A stretch of DNA of 64,000 nt from Fibrobacteria bacterium. GTDB lineage: Bacteria > Fibrobacterota > Fibrobacteria > UBA11236. Below, one piece after another: positions 50,021 through 59,928 of this stretch. The stretch covers positions 15,640-79,639 of the forward strand of contig JBGTHM010000023.1 of assembly GCA_041746255.1 (NCBI GenBank), in the 5' to 3' direction. Both the position numbers and the translations under genes were made by a program. The stretch's first letter is position 1. Each line of letters begins with the position of its first letter. The notes beneath the pieces were generated by a model, which saw only the letters and a program-made list of their open reading frames with translations, was not told the origin of the DNA and searched no databases.

Positions 50021-51009
50021 TGACTCATCCACGCAGAATAATTCCAGCCGCTACTTATAAGGACGCCGCGATTCCAGGACAAATTTTTTTGCCGATTTTA
50101 ATCGGCGCTTTCGCCTTGGTTTCGCTTTGGAATACAGGAAACGCCCAGGTACCGGTTCTGGTTCTGGATTTTAATGAACAAACCGGCGACACGGCCCGCG
50201 ACTTGAGTGGGAACGGATTCCACGGCGAACTCGCCAGCGGGGCGGAATGGAATTCCATGGGTCACTTTGACGGTGGAGTCAAATTCAACGGTAAGAACGG
50301 CTGGGTGCGGATTGTCTATGACAGTTTATTGAATCCCTCGCAGTACACGATAATGGCTTGGGTTTATTCGACTGGAAATGGAAATGATAAGGAGAGGCGC
50401 GAAATACTTGAAAATCCCGGTTCGTACTGGATGAACATCCGTCAGAAAGTAAATACCCTAAGGGTGGGCGGGTTTTTCGGAAAAAATAGCGAGTGGGTTT
50501 ATGTGGATTCCAAAGAAGCCATCCCCAATAACAAGTGGACCCATACGGCCTCCACCTGCGATGGAACAAGATTGCGCAGCTATATAAACGGGGTGCTGGC
50601 GGCGGATACGGCCATACCCGGAGAACTTGGCGTCAAATTCGCCCGCGATTTATTCGTTGGTCTAAAGAAAGACGAAATTGCCAAATATAACGGCGCCTGG
50701 TTCGAAGGAACCATCGATGACGTGCGGGTTTATTCCGGAGCCATGACGCAAGCTCAAATCCAGGCGGCCATGAAAACTCCCTTTCAGTTGACCAGCGCCC
50801 TCAAGTATCCGGCAAATAGGCTCAAAGAAGGGAACCGGATGGGCATATTCCCGCCCAATTCGAATGGACTATTTGATGCTATGGGTAGGACTAGCGGGCC
50901 AGGGATCGGCCGCCAGGCCTACCAGCAGGAATATGGGGTATTTTATAGGTTACCGGAACAACCCGTCCAACCCAAGAACAGCTCTGCAAATGTTTTGGAT
51001 GGATTTTGA
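50020..51009 (+). CDS. secreted LamG/concanavalin-like domain protein
   Basis: DLSGNG.HG, YTIMAWV, WTHTA, YING, FEGTIDDVRVY. Confidence 0.85.
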   Translation: MTHPRRIIPAATYKDAAIPGQIFLPILIGAFALVSLWNTGNAQVPVLVLDFNEQTGDTARDLSGNGFHGELASGAEWNSMGHFDGGVKFNGKNGWVRIVYDSLLNPSQYTIMAWVYSTGNGNDKERREILENPGSYWMNIRQKVNTLRVGGFFGKNSEWVYVDSKEAIPNNKWTHTASTCDGTRLRSYINGVLAADTAIPGELGVKFARDLFVGLKKDEIAKYNGAWFEGTIDDVRVYSGAMTQAQIQAAMKTPFQLTSALKYPANRLKEGNRMGIFPPNSNGLFDAMGRTSGPGIGRQAYQQEYGVFYRLPEQPVQPKNSSANVLDGF

Positions 51010-51058
51010 AATGGATTTTTCCAATCCCTAGGCTTAACCCGTTCCAAAGAGAAAAATC

Positions 51059-52702
51059 ATGAAACTGACATTGCTTGCCCTATCATTGATTTTCTCGTCT
51101 CAAGCTTATGCGGCGGTGAATGTCAAGATCGATCCGAAAAACGAGAAATGGACCATCAGTAAATACCTGATTGGAATGCATGCCGTGTATTCCACCGAGC
51201 CGGATGTAGTCTATAAAGGCGACAGCTTGGCACGTTGGGCGAAAAAAGTGGGCGTCGGAGTTTTTCGCTATCCCGGCGGTACGATCTTGCACCATTGGAA
51301 TTGGGAAAAGCCAAGCGGTCTATGGCAATGGGACGGAAATGCGCCGGAAGAGAACTGGATGAGCCTGGATGAGTACCTGCATTTTTGCAAGGTCAGCGGC
51401 GCGACTCCCCTGGTAGGCGTCAATTACAACCATTATTACCCGGACAGCGTCGACTATAGCGCGGCTAGCGCCGCACGGCTGGTCAAGTATGTAAAAGACA
51501 AAGGTTTTCCCGGCGCCTTTTATTACATCGGAAACGAAATGGACCGGCATGTTTACCTGAAAGGGATAGGTAATTCCGCACGAGTATTCAGACAGCATTC
51601 GCTGGCTATGAAAAAGGTGGATCCGGCCATCAAGGTCCTTTACAACTGGAATTTCGAAACCGCCAGCACTCTGAAAAGATTTATGGAAATCGCCGGTGAC
51701 GCCGCCGATGGCGTGGATTTTCATGAAAAATGGCCCGATGAAAGGACTCCGGGAAGTTATGAAATGTGGAAGAAAGAAGTTCCGTTGATATGGCACTTTG
51801 CCAATGGAGGTCATAATAACCCGACCTGGAGGGAGAGAATTCAGATTTTACGGCAAGCGGCTAAGGAAATTGGCCGTCCCGACATGCTCATGGCCAATAT
51901 CGAATACGGTATCGCTCCGGAAAGTTCCGAAGGATTCAATCGGTTCACCATGAGCTTGATGTTGATCGATTATCTTCAGGAGTTATTCATCGCCAACTAC
52001 GATTTGGGCGCCCATTGGTCCAACACCCGAGCCAAATACGACGACGGCATGCTCATGAACGCGGGAAATAAATGGCGTATGAATCCGGTCGGTTTCGGCT
52101 GGGAATTTCTCGGCAGGGCCCAGGGAAAAACCATGATCGGTTTCGAGTCCGACAATAAATTCGTTTACGGGTTTGCGGCCAAGGACGCAACCGACGAATT
52201 CCAGCTCTACTTGATCAATAAAACAGAATCGCCTCAGCCGCTCACCATTTCTTTCCAGAATGCTCCGGCAGACATCGCTACATGGACCTCCGGCGCCAAA
52301 ACCCTGGTAGACGGCGATAATCACTGGGGCGTGGTCAACAGCCTGAACATATCCTATGATGCCGCGAAAGGAGTTTTCCAAGCCACTATTCCACCGATTT
52401 CTTATAACCAAATTCTATTTAACAAGAGCGGCGCCACCGCAATCGAAACCTCGGCACCCCCGCTAAAAAGTTATGGTGGCTTATCGGTGGTAAAAAACGC
52501 CGGTAAAATATTAATCCATGGCGCTCCCGCTTCCCAGGTTACCGTAACTTCACTTTCCGGCCAAGTCGTTTTTCAGAAACGACTGGAAAAATCCGGGACT
52601 TTGGAATTAGGAAAAGAGAGCCTTGGGCATGGGGTATTTACCGTAAGCGTTGTCTCCGGCGAGCATAGCGTCTCCGAGAAAATCGTATTGCAGGAAAATT
52701 GA
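51059..52702 (+). CDS. secreted clan GH-A glycoside hydrolase, copy 2
   Basis: Long peptide blocks identical to 48347..50020. Confidence 0.72.
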   Translation: MKLTLLALSLIFSSQAYAAVNVKIDPKNEKWTISKYLIGMHAVYSTEPDVVYKGDSLARWAKKVGVGVFRYPGGTILHHWNWEKPSGLWQWDGNAPEENWMSLDEYLHFCKVSGATPLVGVNYNHYYPDSVDYSAASAARLVKYVKDKGFPGAFYYIGNEMDRHVYLKGIGNSARVFRQHSLAMKKVDPAIKVLYNWNFETASTLKRFMEIAGDAADGVDFHEKWPDERTPGSYEMWKKEVPLIWHFANGGHNNPTWRERIQILRQAAKEIGRPDMLMANIEYGIAPESSEGFNRFTMSLMLIDYLQELFIANYDLGAHWSNTRAKYDDGMLMNAGNKWRMNPVGFGWEFLGRAQGKTMIGFESDNKFVYGFAAKDATDEFQLYLINKTESPQPLTISFQNAPADIATWTSGAKTLVDGDNHWGVVNSLNISYDAAKGVFQATIPPISYNQILFNKSGATAIETSAPPLKSYGGLSVVKNAGKILIHGAPASQVTVTSLSGQVVFQKRLEKSGTLELGKESLGHGVFTVSVVSGEHSVSEKIVLQEN

Positions 52703-52712
52703 GGAGGCCGCA

Positions 52713-53714
52713 TTGAAAACCTTGTATTCACTGGTAATTCTCATGATGGCCGCTCCGTCATGGTCAGCCCAGGTCTTATACCTGGATTTCGAAGACGGAT
52801 CAGGTACGGTGGTTACCGACCGGGAAGGAAAAACCAACGGAACCCTCAAGGGAAAGGGCGCCGCATCATCCTGGGTAGAAGGGAAGAACGGGAAGGCGGT
52901 GAGGTTCTCCGGCGACAATTACGTAGAGGTTCCTTATAAATTCCCGGACAACGGATCCGTGGCGCTGTGGTTCAAACCCGACAGCCTCTATAATTACAAC
53001 ACCGTCTTCGATAATTCCGTCCATGAAAATCGCTGGGAGATGTGGATTCAGGGAGAAGTTCCTCCGGGAAATCCCAGCTGGTATGAGTGCCCGCATTGCG
53101 TGAAGTTCCGCACGGGGCAGGACAGTAAGGGAAAGACCGGATACGATCTCTACAACCTGGGAACGAAACAACAAGTGACGGAGATGTGGATACACTTCGC
53201 CGCAACCTGGACAAGCTCCGGAGAGAGCAAGTTGTACGTAAACGGAACTCTCCGCGATACCCAAAATTCACCGGACTTCCAGTCGGCAGGAAACATGATT
53301 TTTTTGGGCGCCAATAAGAATCCAGTTCCGATTTCTTCAGCCCCTAGCGGCAACCCCCGGGCCAGAGGCAGCATGGACGAATTCCGTATTTTCGATTCGG
53401 TGCTGTCCGCATCCGAAATTCAAGCTCTTTATGCCAATTCCACCACGGCGGCACTCGAATCGGCCGACAAATTAACCGGCGTCTCCGAAAGGTTTGCCAT
53501 CTCGCGTCGGGGAGAAACGCTGTCCATCGAGTCCTTCGACCACCCCATCACCTCAATTACCCTTACCGATCTACAAGGACGCCAAGTTGGATCGTATAAG
53601 GGCCTATCTTCCCAATCCTTCCTGATAACGCTCCCATCAATGCATAAACCACTGGCGGTTAAAGTAGAGACCGGCTACGCTTCAAAAGGAGTCAAGATAG
53701 CCCCAGTCCGATGA
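52713..53714 (+). CDS. secreted LamG domain protein with T9SS-like tail
   Basis: TTG start after GAGGAGG; LDFEDGSG, SVALWFK, WIHFAATW, LYVNG, MDEFRIF; LTDLQGR. Confidence 0.85.
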   Translation: MKTLYSLVILMMAAPSWSAQVLYLDFEDGSGTVVTDREGKTNGTLKGKGAASSWVEGKNGKAVRFSGDNYVEVPYKFPDNGSVALWFKPDSLYNYNTVFDNSVHENRWEMWIQGEVPPGNPSWYECPHCVKFRTGQDSKGKTGYDLYNLGTKQQVTEMWIHFAATWTSSGESKLYVNGTLRDTQNSPDFQSAGNMIFLGANKNPVPISSAPSGNPRARGSMDEFRIFDSVLSASEIQALYANSTTAALESADKLTGVSERFAISRRGETLSIESFDHPITSITLTDLQGRQVGSYKGLSSQSFLITLPSMHKPLAVKVETGYASKGVKIAPVR

Positions 53715-53762
53715 CGGCTGGAACGGCGGCATGCCGGCTACGTCGAGAAAAGTTTTGCATTT

Positions 53763-53784
53763 TAATGATACTGTATTATCTTTA
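53763..53784 (+). promoter_or_regulatory. palindromic operator (motif B, copy 1; candidate Zur box)
   Basis: TAATGATA-CTGTAT-TATCTTTA, preceded by TTGCAT. Confidence 0.65.
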
Positions 53785-53827
53785 TCCTTTAATTCCTGGT
53801 TAAACCTTTTCTATACAGGGGGAAACA

Positions 53828-55915
53828 ATGCAAAACGAAAGTCCTAATTTCCGAAACAGCCGTAAAGGCCCGACGCAACTCCATGCGAAAGGCGGGTGGG
53901 CCGACAAGGCCAGACCGAGCGCATACTTCGTCGCGTTAGCGATAATACTTTTTGCTGCCCCGCCGGCGACGGCCAAGGAATCCGAATGGCAGTGGTTGAA
54001 CCGGGATCCCCGCTCCACGTCCTTTCAACAGGTGCATATTTACGACAAGGACACCTGGTATTTCACCATGCGCAAAGGCCAGATACTGGAAACCAAAGAC
54101 GCCGGGAAAAACTGGTTTATTCAGACCCTCCCCACGCGATCCGATATTTGGGGCATCGATTTCGTCTCCGAAAATATCGGCTTCGCTTCGGGTGCCGATG
54201 GCCTTATTTTCACTACCGCAGACGGGGGTAAGGCCTGGAAACAAGTCTTTAAAGCCGATGATGTCTTCAGCTTTTACGGATTCGCAGCCCTGAATGCCAA
54301 TACCATTTTGGCGGGTGGCGGCGATGACGACAGCACGGTTATTGTCCGCAGTGCCGATGGCGGCACGACTTGGTCACGAGTTTCCCATCCCAGACTTCGC
54401 TGGGGACTCAACCATATCGTCCACGCCGGCGGAGATACCGTCTTCGCAAGCGGTTCGACTGGCATATTGCGTTCACTCGATGCCGGCGCGACCTGGACGC
54501 TTTCGGTTGCCGCCGACTCCGTCTTGAACTTAAGAAACATCCATGAAATGACTTTCGTCGATAGCCGCATAGGTTATGCCACGGGAGACGGTACCCATAT
54601 CATCAAGACCGTAAATGCCGGTGAAACTTGGCAGAAATTCGCGGTGAATTGCGAAGGATGCTCTGCCAGCCGGAATATATTGGCGCTGGACTTCCTGAAT
54701 GCCAACGAAGGGTGGGTTCTCGGGTCCTTTCCCCTCATGGGCGCGCGCACCAAAGACGGCGGGTCCACCTGGGAAAAACTTCCCATGACGGATGTAAGAG
54801 CAACGTGGGCGCAAACCATAGCCATGACCGATTCCAAGAAAGGCATGCTCCTGGCCAATTCGGTTTATTACCTCACGGAAGATGGCGGTGAAACCTGGAC
54901 AAACGGAATCAAAGGATTCGATAACCATATCGAAGATATGCATTTCGTCGATTCGACTTCCGGTTGGCTGGTCGGTTCGGGCGGAGGAATTCAAAATACC
55001 AAGGACGGCGGTAAAACGTGGAAAGCGCAAAAATCCGATGTTACCGCGGGTCTTCGTTCCGTTTACTTTCGGGATGCGGCAAATGGCGCGGCGGTAGGGC
55101 TGGGCGGGACCTTGCTCCTTTCCGAAAACGGCGGCGAGACTTGGAGCAAAATCGAAACCGGCGTGGACAATGATTTGATGAGCGTCCAAGCATGCGGAGA
55201 AGGTCAATGGTTGGCTGTCGGAGCATCCGGTCAAGTCCTCAAACGCAAGGCGAGTGACCTGGATAAATCCAATCCCTACTCTTTCGGATTGAATTCCGTG
55301 ACCTGTCATGGCGCCCAGGCTTGGGTCGCGGGTGATAGCGGCAATATCATCCATTCGAGTAACGGCGGAACGGATTGGAAAAAGCTGGAATCGGGCGTGC
55401 TATTCGATATTTTCCGCATTCAATTCGTCGACAGCCTACACGGATTCGCGGCCGGAGAAAGCGACATGCTGCTGGCCACAACCGATGGCGGAGACAAATG
55501 GGAACAAATTCCCCTGCAATTCCTCGAATATCAGGTTTCCGGAATGCATTTCGTAGACCGTGATAACGGATGGATCTCACCGGATTACAGCGGCTCGATT
55601 TACCGGACCCGGGATGGCGGAAAGAATTGGAATCGAATCGAGCCCGATGACATGACCAGCCAGGTCCCTGCCATCTTTTTCTTGGATACGGCATTGGGTT
55701 TTGTCGGCGGCGTGGGCGGCATTCTTAAAAAATATGACGCTCGCTCCGGAATCATCGCCTCCATCGGGCCCCGAGCCCAAGGTCGATGGCATGGACCTTC
55801 GGAAAATAACAATGCGCTTAAAGTTGACGCATTGGGAAGGCGCTTGCCCATCGGCTCAGGCGCCAACGATCGACGGTTACCGCTCAGAATATTCCGTTTC
55901 ATCGAAAACAAATAA
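53828..55915 (+). CDS. secreted YCF48/BNR-repeat double beta-propeller protein
   Basis: About 11 (S/T)xDGGxxW Asp-boxes; VDALGR tail. Confidence 0.88.
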   Translation: MQNESPNFRNSRKGPTQLHAKGGWADKARPSAYFVALAIILFAAPPATAKESEWQWLNRDPRSTSFQQVHIYDKDTWYFTMRKGQILETKDAGKNWFIQTLPTRSDIWGIDFVSENIGFASGADGLIFTTADGGKAWKQVFKADDVFSFYGFAALNANTILAGGGDDDSTVIVRSADGGTTWSRVSHPRLRWGLNHIVHAGGDTVFASGSTGILRSLDAGATWTLSVAADSVLNLRNIHEMTFVDSRIGYATGDGTHIIKTVNAGETWQKFAVNCEGCSASRNILALDFLNANEGWVLGSFPLMGARTKDGGSTWEKLPMTDVRATWAQTIAMTDSKKGMLLANSVYYLTEDGGETWTNGIKGFDNHIEDMHFVDSTSGWLVGSGGGIQNTKDGGKTWKAQKSDVTAGLRSVYFRDAANGAAVGLGGTLLLSENGGETWSKIETGVDNDLMSVQACGEGQWLAVGASGQVLKRKASDLDKSNPYSFGLNSVTCHGAQAWVAGDSGNIIHSSNGGTDWKKLESGVLFDIFRIQFVDSLHGFAAGESDMLLATTDGGDKWEQIPLQFLEYQVSGMHFVDRDNGWISPDYSGSIYRTRDGGKNWNRIEPDDMTSQVPAIFFLDTALGFVGGVGGILKKYDARSGIIASIGPRAQGRWHGPSENNNALKVDALGRRLPIGSGANDRRLPLRIFRFIENK

Positions 55916-55942
55916 AGGTTTGCCTAAAACAGGAGAGAGCTT

Positions 55943-56800
55943 ATGAAAAAGGTGTTCGGGATTTATATCGGTTTACTCTGCATATTCAGTTCGTCGGTAT
56001 TTTCTTTGGACACCTTACGGCTCTTTCCGGGCGGTTCCGATTTGGAGCTACGCAAATATGCGGAATCGGACCGATGGGGATATGTCGCCGGTCATAATTA
56101 TGCCTACCGGCAACAGTTTGCGCAGAAATATTTCCACAGCGGCGTGGCCTTTATCGATGAAATCGAATTTTCCCTGGGCGGCGTTTTCGCCAATCCCAAG
56201 AATCGCATCGAAGTGGCCGTATTTCAGGTTAGGCCCGATGGACTTCCGGGAAACAAACTCGGCGGCCGGGAAATATTTTATGAAGACCTGGAATTAAACG
56301 GCGGCCTGACCCGAGTGGCGCTGCCTACGAAAGTCCAAATCTCGGATTCGTTTTTCGTCAGCGTTAATTTTAAAGACTATGCCCATGGAGGCTACGAAGG
56401 CGATACCTTGGGGGTAAAGTCCTGCCTGGAAGGTTGCCGCGACAGCCTTGACCTCTCCGTTTTCGGACGCATCGCCGTGCAAAGGCATAAACATGGCGAT
56501 ATAGACTGGCGGGATTTCTTCACGCAAAATTCGACCCCATTCCGGATTTACCTGGCCATCTATCCCCTATTGGAAAAAGATCCCACCTCCGTCTCCCTTG
56601 CGGGCCATCAGGGCATAAGCAGTAAAGGTGCGTTTCCGGCGCCGCAAAACCTTGCCGTTTATCTCTCCCAACCCGCATTCCGCCTGAAGCATTTGCCGAA
56701 CCTTTTGATAGGGCGCGAAACACCCGAGTTCAATGATTTTCGTAACCGGCAAGCGCTAAGGGCGGGACAACGGCTGCAAGGCGGAAATTCCCATCCGTGA
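55943..56800 (+). CDS. secreted hypothetical protein
   Basis: AGGAG RBS, signal peptide, His-containing motifs (GHN, YAHGG, RHKHG). Confidence 0.75.
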   Translation: MKKVFGIYIGLLCIFSSSVFSLDTLRLFPGGSDLELRKYAESDRWGYVAGHNYAYRQQFAQKYFHSGVAFIDEIEFSLGGVFANPKNRIEVAVFQVRPDGLPGNKLGGREIFYEDLELNGGLTRVALPTKVQISDSFFVSVNFKDYAHGGYEGDTLGVKSCLEGCRDSLDLSVFGRIAVQRHKHGDIDWRDFFTQNSTPFRIYLAIYPLLEKDPTSVSLAGHQGISSKGAFPAPQNLAVYLSQPAFRLKHLPNLLIGRETPEFNDFRNRQALRAGQRLQGGNSHP

Positions 56801-57276
56801 TGCCCTCATTCACCTCCGTATGCAAAGGGGTTTCACTGGTATTGGCTTCTGCCGTGTTGTGGCATTGCGATTTCAGTAAAAATATTCACGAACCCATCCC
56901 CGGCGAAAAGCATGCTTGCTTGCATGCGGCTAAACCCAAACCCGCTATGGCGTCGATTAATTTCGCCTCCGCTCCCTTGGTGGGTTTCCTACATGTCTAT
57001 TACCGAATCGGACTGCCTTCCGGCAAGGAATCGTGGGTACGGATCGAGATTGAGGAAACGGGTAAATATTCCCTCTATTTACATGCCACATTTCCCTGGA
57101 CGCTGCTCGATTCCGGTGGTGCTCCCCAGACTCCCCTCACTCACACACGAAATCTCAAGGCATGTGTGCGAATCAAGGAAGTACACCAATTCTCCTTGGA
57201 CGAGGGAACCTACTATTTGCGTATTGACCCGACCTCAATGCCTGAAATTGGCATGCTTCTGGAAGAAAGCGATTGA
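56797..57276 (+). CDS. hypothetical lipoprotein with HACxH motif
   Basis: GTGA overlap; VLWH|C; EKHACLHA. Confidence 0.7.
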   Translation: MMPSFTSVCKGVSLVLASAVLWHCDFSKNIHEPIPGEKHACLHAAKPKPAMASINFASAPLVGFLHVYYRIGLPSGKESWVRIEIEETGKYSLYLHATFPWTLLDSGGAPQTPLTHTRNLKACVRIKEVHQFSLDEGTYYLRIDPTSMPEIGMLLEESD

Positions 57277-57298
57277 TGGGTGGACCGAGAAACCACTT

Positions 57299-57360
57299 TG
57301 CGGCGAAAAATTCAATTATTCCCATTAAATATGCGGCGAATATGTGGTATATTAACCGCA
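57299..57360 (+). promoter_or_regulatory. repeated TGCGG boxes upstream of fic (candidate autoregulatory operator)
   Basis: TGCGGCGAA at 57299 and 57332; inverted ATATTAACCGCA ending at 57360. Confidence 0.55.
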
Positions 57361-57378
57361 GAGGGGAAATAACTTCGG

Positions 57379-58476
57379 ATGACCAAATACATTTATCAGT
57401 ATGACCAATGGCCCAATCTCAAATGGGATGATCAAGAAATTCAAGTGATTCTAGGCAAAGTCCGTCATTTCCAAGGAAAAATTTCCGGCCAGATGGAGGC
57501 TATGGGATTTTCCCAAAAAGAGGAAACTATGCTTTCCACCTTAACTCTTGATGTCCTTAAATCGTCCGAAATTGAAGGTGAGATATTAAACCAAGAGCAG
57601 GTTCGCTCTTCCATTGCGAGACGATTAGGATTGGATTTCGCCGGGATGGTCAGCGCTGATAGAAGCGTGGAAGGCGTTGTTGAAATGATGCTGGATGCGA
57701 CGCAAAGGTACAACCAACCTCTCGAACATGAGCGGATATTCGGATGGCACGCGGCATTATTTCCCACCGGCTGGAGTGGTATGCACAGGATTGGGACTGG
57801 TCGTTATCGCAATGGCGATATGCAAATAGTTTCCGGGCCAATGGGGAGCGAGAAAGTCCATTACCAGGCTCCACCTCCTGAAATTGTCAAACAGGAAATG
57901 GATGTTTTTTTGGATTGGTTAAACGGGGAAACCAGGACGGATGCAGTATTAAAAGCGGCTATCGCCCACTTTTGGTTCATTATTATCCATCCTTTTGAGG
58001 ACGGCAATGGACGCATTGCAAGAGCGATATCCGATATGTTACTTGCGCGCTCAGAGGAGAGTTCCCAAAGATTTTACAGCCTATCAAATCAAATATTGAC
58101 GGAGAAAAAGATATACTACGAAATTCTACAAAGAGTCCAACATAGCAAGGGTGACATAACCGAATGGTTGGTTTGGTTCCTGAACTGTTTATATCGGGCC
58201 CTGGCTTCAACTGAGGAGACCTTAAATAAAGTCCTGTATAAGGCGGAATTTTGGGATAAACACAGAGAAACCATTTTAAACGGTAGACAACGATTGATGC
58301 TGAACAAAATGTTGGATGGATTTGATGGAAATCTGCAATCTTCAAAATGGGCGAAAATAACGAAGTGTTCCGTAGATACCGCGCTAAGGGATATTAAGGA
58401 TTTGATCGAAAAGGGAGTTTTGCAACAAAAAGAATCCGGGGGAAGAAGTACAAATTATGAATTGACTGGAAAATGA
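57379..58476 (+). CDS. Fic-family protein with N-terminal DUF4172 and C-terminal HTH
   Basis: SSEIEGE inhibitory motif; HPFEDGNGRIAR; DTALRDI...GGRSTNY. Confidence 0.95.
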   Translation: MTKYIYQYDQWPNLKWDDQEIQVILGKVRHFQGKISGQMEAMGFSQKEETMLSTLTLDVLKSSEIEGEILNQEQVRSSIARRLGLDFAGMVSADRSVEGVVEMMLDATQRYNQPLEHERIFGWHAALFPTGWSGMHRIGTGRYRNGDMQIVSGPMGSEKVHYQAPPPEIVKQEMDVFLDWLNGETRTDAVLKAAIAHFWFIIIHPFEDGNGRIARAISDMLLARSEESSQRFYSLSNQILTEKKIYYEILQRVQHSKGDITEWLVWFLNCLYRALASTEETLNKVLYKAEFWDKHRETILNGRQRLMLNKMLDGFDGNLQSSKWAKITKCSVDTALRDIKDLIEKGVLQQKESGGRSTNYELTGK

Positions 58477-58613
58477 ACGTTTGGACTATAAAAGCAACAC
58501 CCACACTCCAAAGGCTGCCGACGGAACCGTTCATAGTTTAAGACGAATCTTTGCAGGAAAAGTCACTGCATAGCGCCCATACACATAAAACAGACAGTTC
58601 CCACCCCTGCATC

Positions 58614-58635
58614 TATTGATATTTTATTATCATTA
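58614..58635 (+). promoter_or_regulatory. palindromic operator (motif B, copy 2; candidate Zur box)
   Basis: TATTGATA-TTTTAT-TATCATTA, preceded by CTGCAT; 18/22 identical to copy 1. Confidence 0.65.
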
Positions 58636-58668
58636 CTATTCGCTTCCACCCATTTTCAGGAATTTCCC

Positions 58669-59928
58669 ATGAAAAAGCTTCCCGTAACCGTACTCTCCGG
58701 CTTTTTGGGCGCCGGCAAAACCACCCTGCTCAACCACGTGCTCAGCAATCGCGAGGGCTTGCGCGTCGCGGTCATCGTGAACGACATGAGCGAAGTGAAT
58801 ATCGACGCCGAACTGGTCAAAAGCGGCGACGGCGCGTTGAGCCGCTCCGAGGAAAAGCTGGTGGAAATGAGCAATGGCTGCATTTGCTGCACCTTGCGCG
58901 AAGACTTGCTCATCGAAGTCTCGAAACTCGCCAAGGAAGGTCGCTTCGATTATCTGCTTATCGAATCGACGGGAATATCCGAGCCGATGCCGGTAGCGGA
59001 AACCTTCACCTTCGCGGACGAAGCGGGGAAAAGCCTTTCCGACGTGGCGAAGCTGGATGCCATGGTGACGGTGGTTGACGCCGTGGCCTTTCTACTCGAA
59101 TACGAAAACAGCGACAGCCTACAGGAAAGGTCCATGGCTCTCGGCGAAGACGACGACCGGACCATCGCCGATCTCTTAATCGACCAAATTGAATTCGCGG
59201 ATATTCTGGTGCTCAACAAATTGGATATGGTTTCGGAAGCGGCGAAAAACAAACTCACGGCCATCTTTAAATCCTTAAACCCCCAGGCCAAGGTATTGGA
59301 GTCCACCTACGGGCGGGTTCCGCTCCAGGAAATTCTCGACACCGGCCTTTTCAGCATGGAGAAAGCGGCGCGCGCCCCTGGCTGGTTGGCGGAGTTGCGT
59401 GGCGAACATATTCCCGAAAGCGAGGAATACGGCATCCGCAGTTTCGTCTACCGCGCCAAAAGGCCTTTCCATCCCGAACGTTATTGGGATTTAATGCATG
59501 AGGGATGGGACCAGGTGTTACGCTCCAAAGGTTTTTTCTGGCTGGCGACGCGCATGGACATCACCGGCTTGTGGTCGCAGGCGGGAGGCTCGGCTCAATA
59601 CCGGGCCAACGGTTATTGGTGGGCGGTATTGGACGAAGCCAATTGGCCCGAAGACGAAGCCACGCGAGCCAACATCCGTAAGCTCATCGGCGGTGAGTTC
59701 GGAGACCGCCGCCAGGAGATGGTTTTCATCGGCGTAAACATGGACGAGACGGGCATTCGCGCCGACTTGGACAAGTGTCTGCTGACGGATGAGGAAATGG
59801 CGCTGGGTGAAGAGGGGTGGAGCGGGTTTTCGGATCCGTTTCCAGCCTGGGAGGAGGAAATTGAGGAGGAGTTGGATGAAGAAATGGAGGAGGAAATAAT
59901 TGAAAGCTCTCCAATGAGCGCGGGGTAA
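58669..59928 (+). CDS. COG0523 (CobW/YciC/ZigA-type) zinc metallochaperone GTPase
   Basis: [15 protein letters not shown] (CxCC), [22 protein letters not shown]; acidic tail. Confidence 0.95.
   Translation: MKKLPVTVLSGFLGAGKTTLLNHVLSNREGLRVAVIVNDMSEVNIDAELVKSGDGALSRSEEKLVEMSNGCICCTLREDLLIEVSKLAKEGRFDYLLIESTGISEPMPVAETFTFADEAGKSLSDVAKLDAMVTVVDAVAFLLEYENSDSLQERSMALGEDDDRTIADLLIDQIEFADILVLNKLDMVSEAAKNKLTAIFKSLNPQAKVLESTYGRVPLQEILDTGLFSMEKAARAPGWLAELRGEHIPESEEYGIRSFVYRAKRPFHPERYWDLMHEGWDQVLRSKGFFWLATRMDITGLWSQAGGSAQYRANGYWWAVLDEANWPEDEATRANIRKLIGGEFGDRRQEMVFIGVNMDETGIRADLDKCLLTDEEMALGEEGWSGFSDPFPAWEEEIEEELDEEMEEEIIESSPMSAG

Noticed and set aside
59851..59905. GAG/GAA-rich repeat
   Set aside because: Encodes the acidic tail of the COG0523 GTPase.
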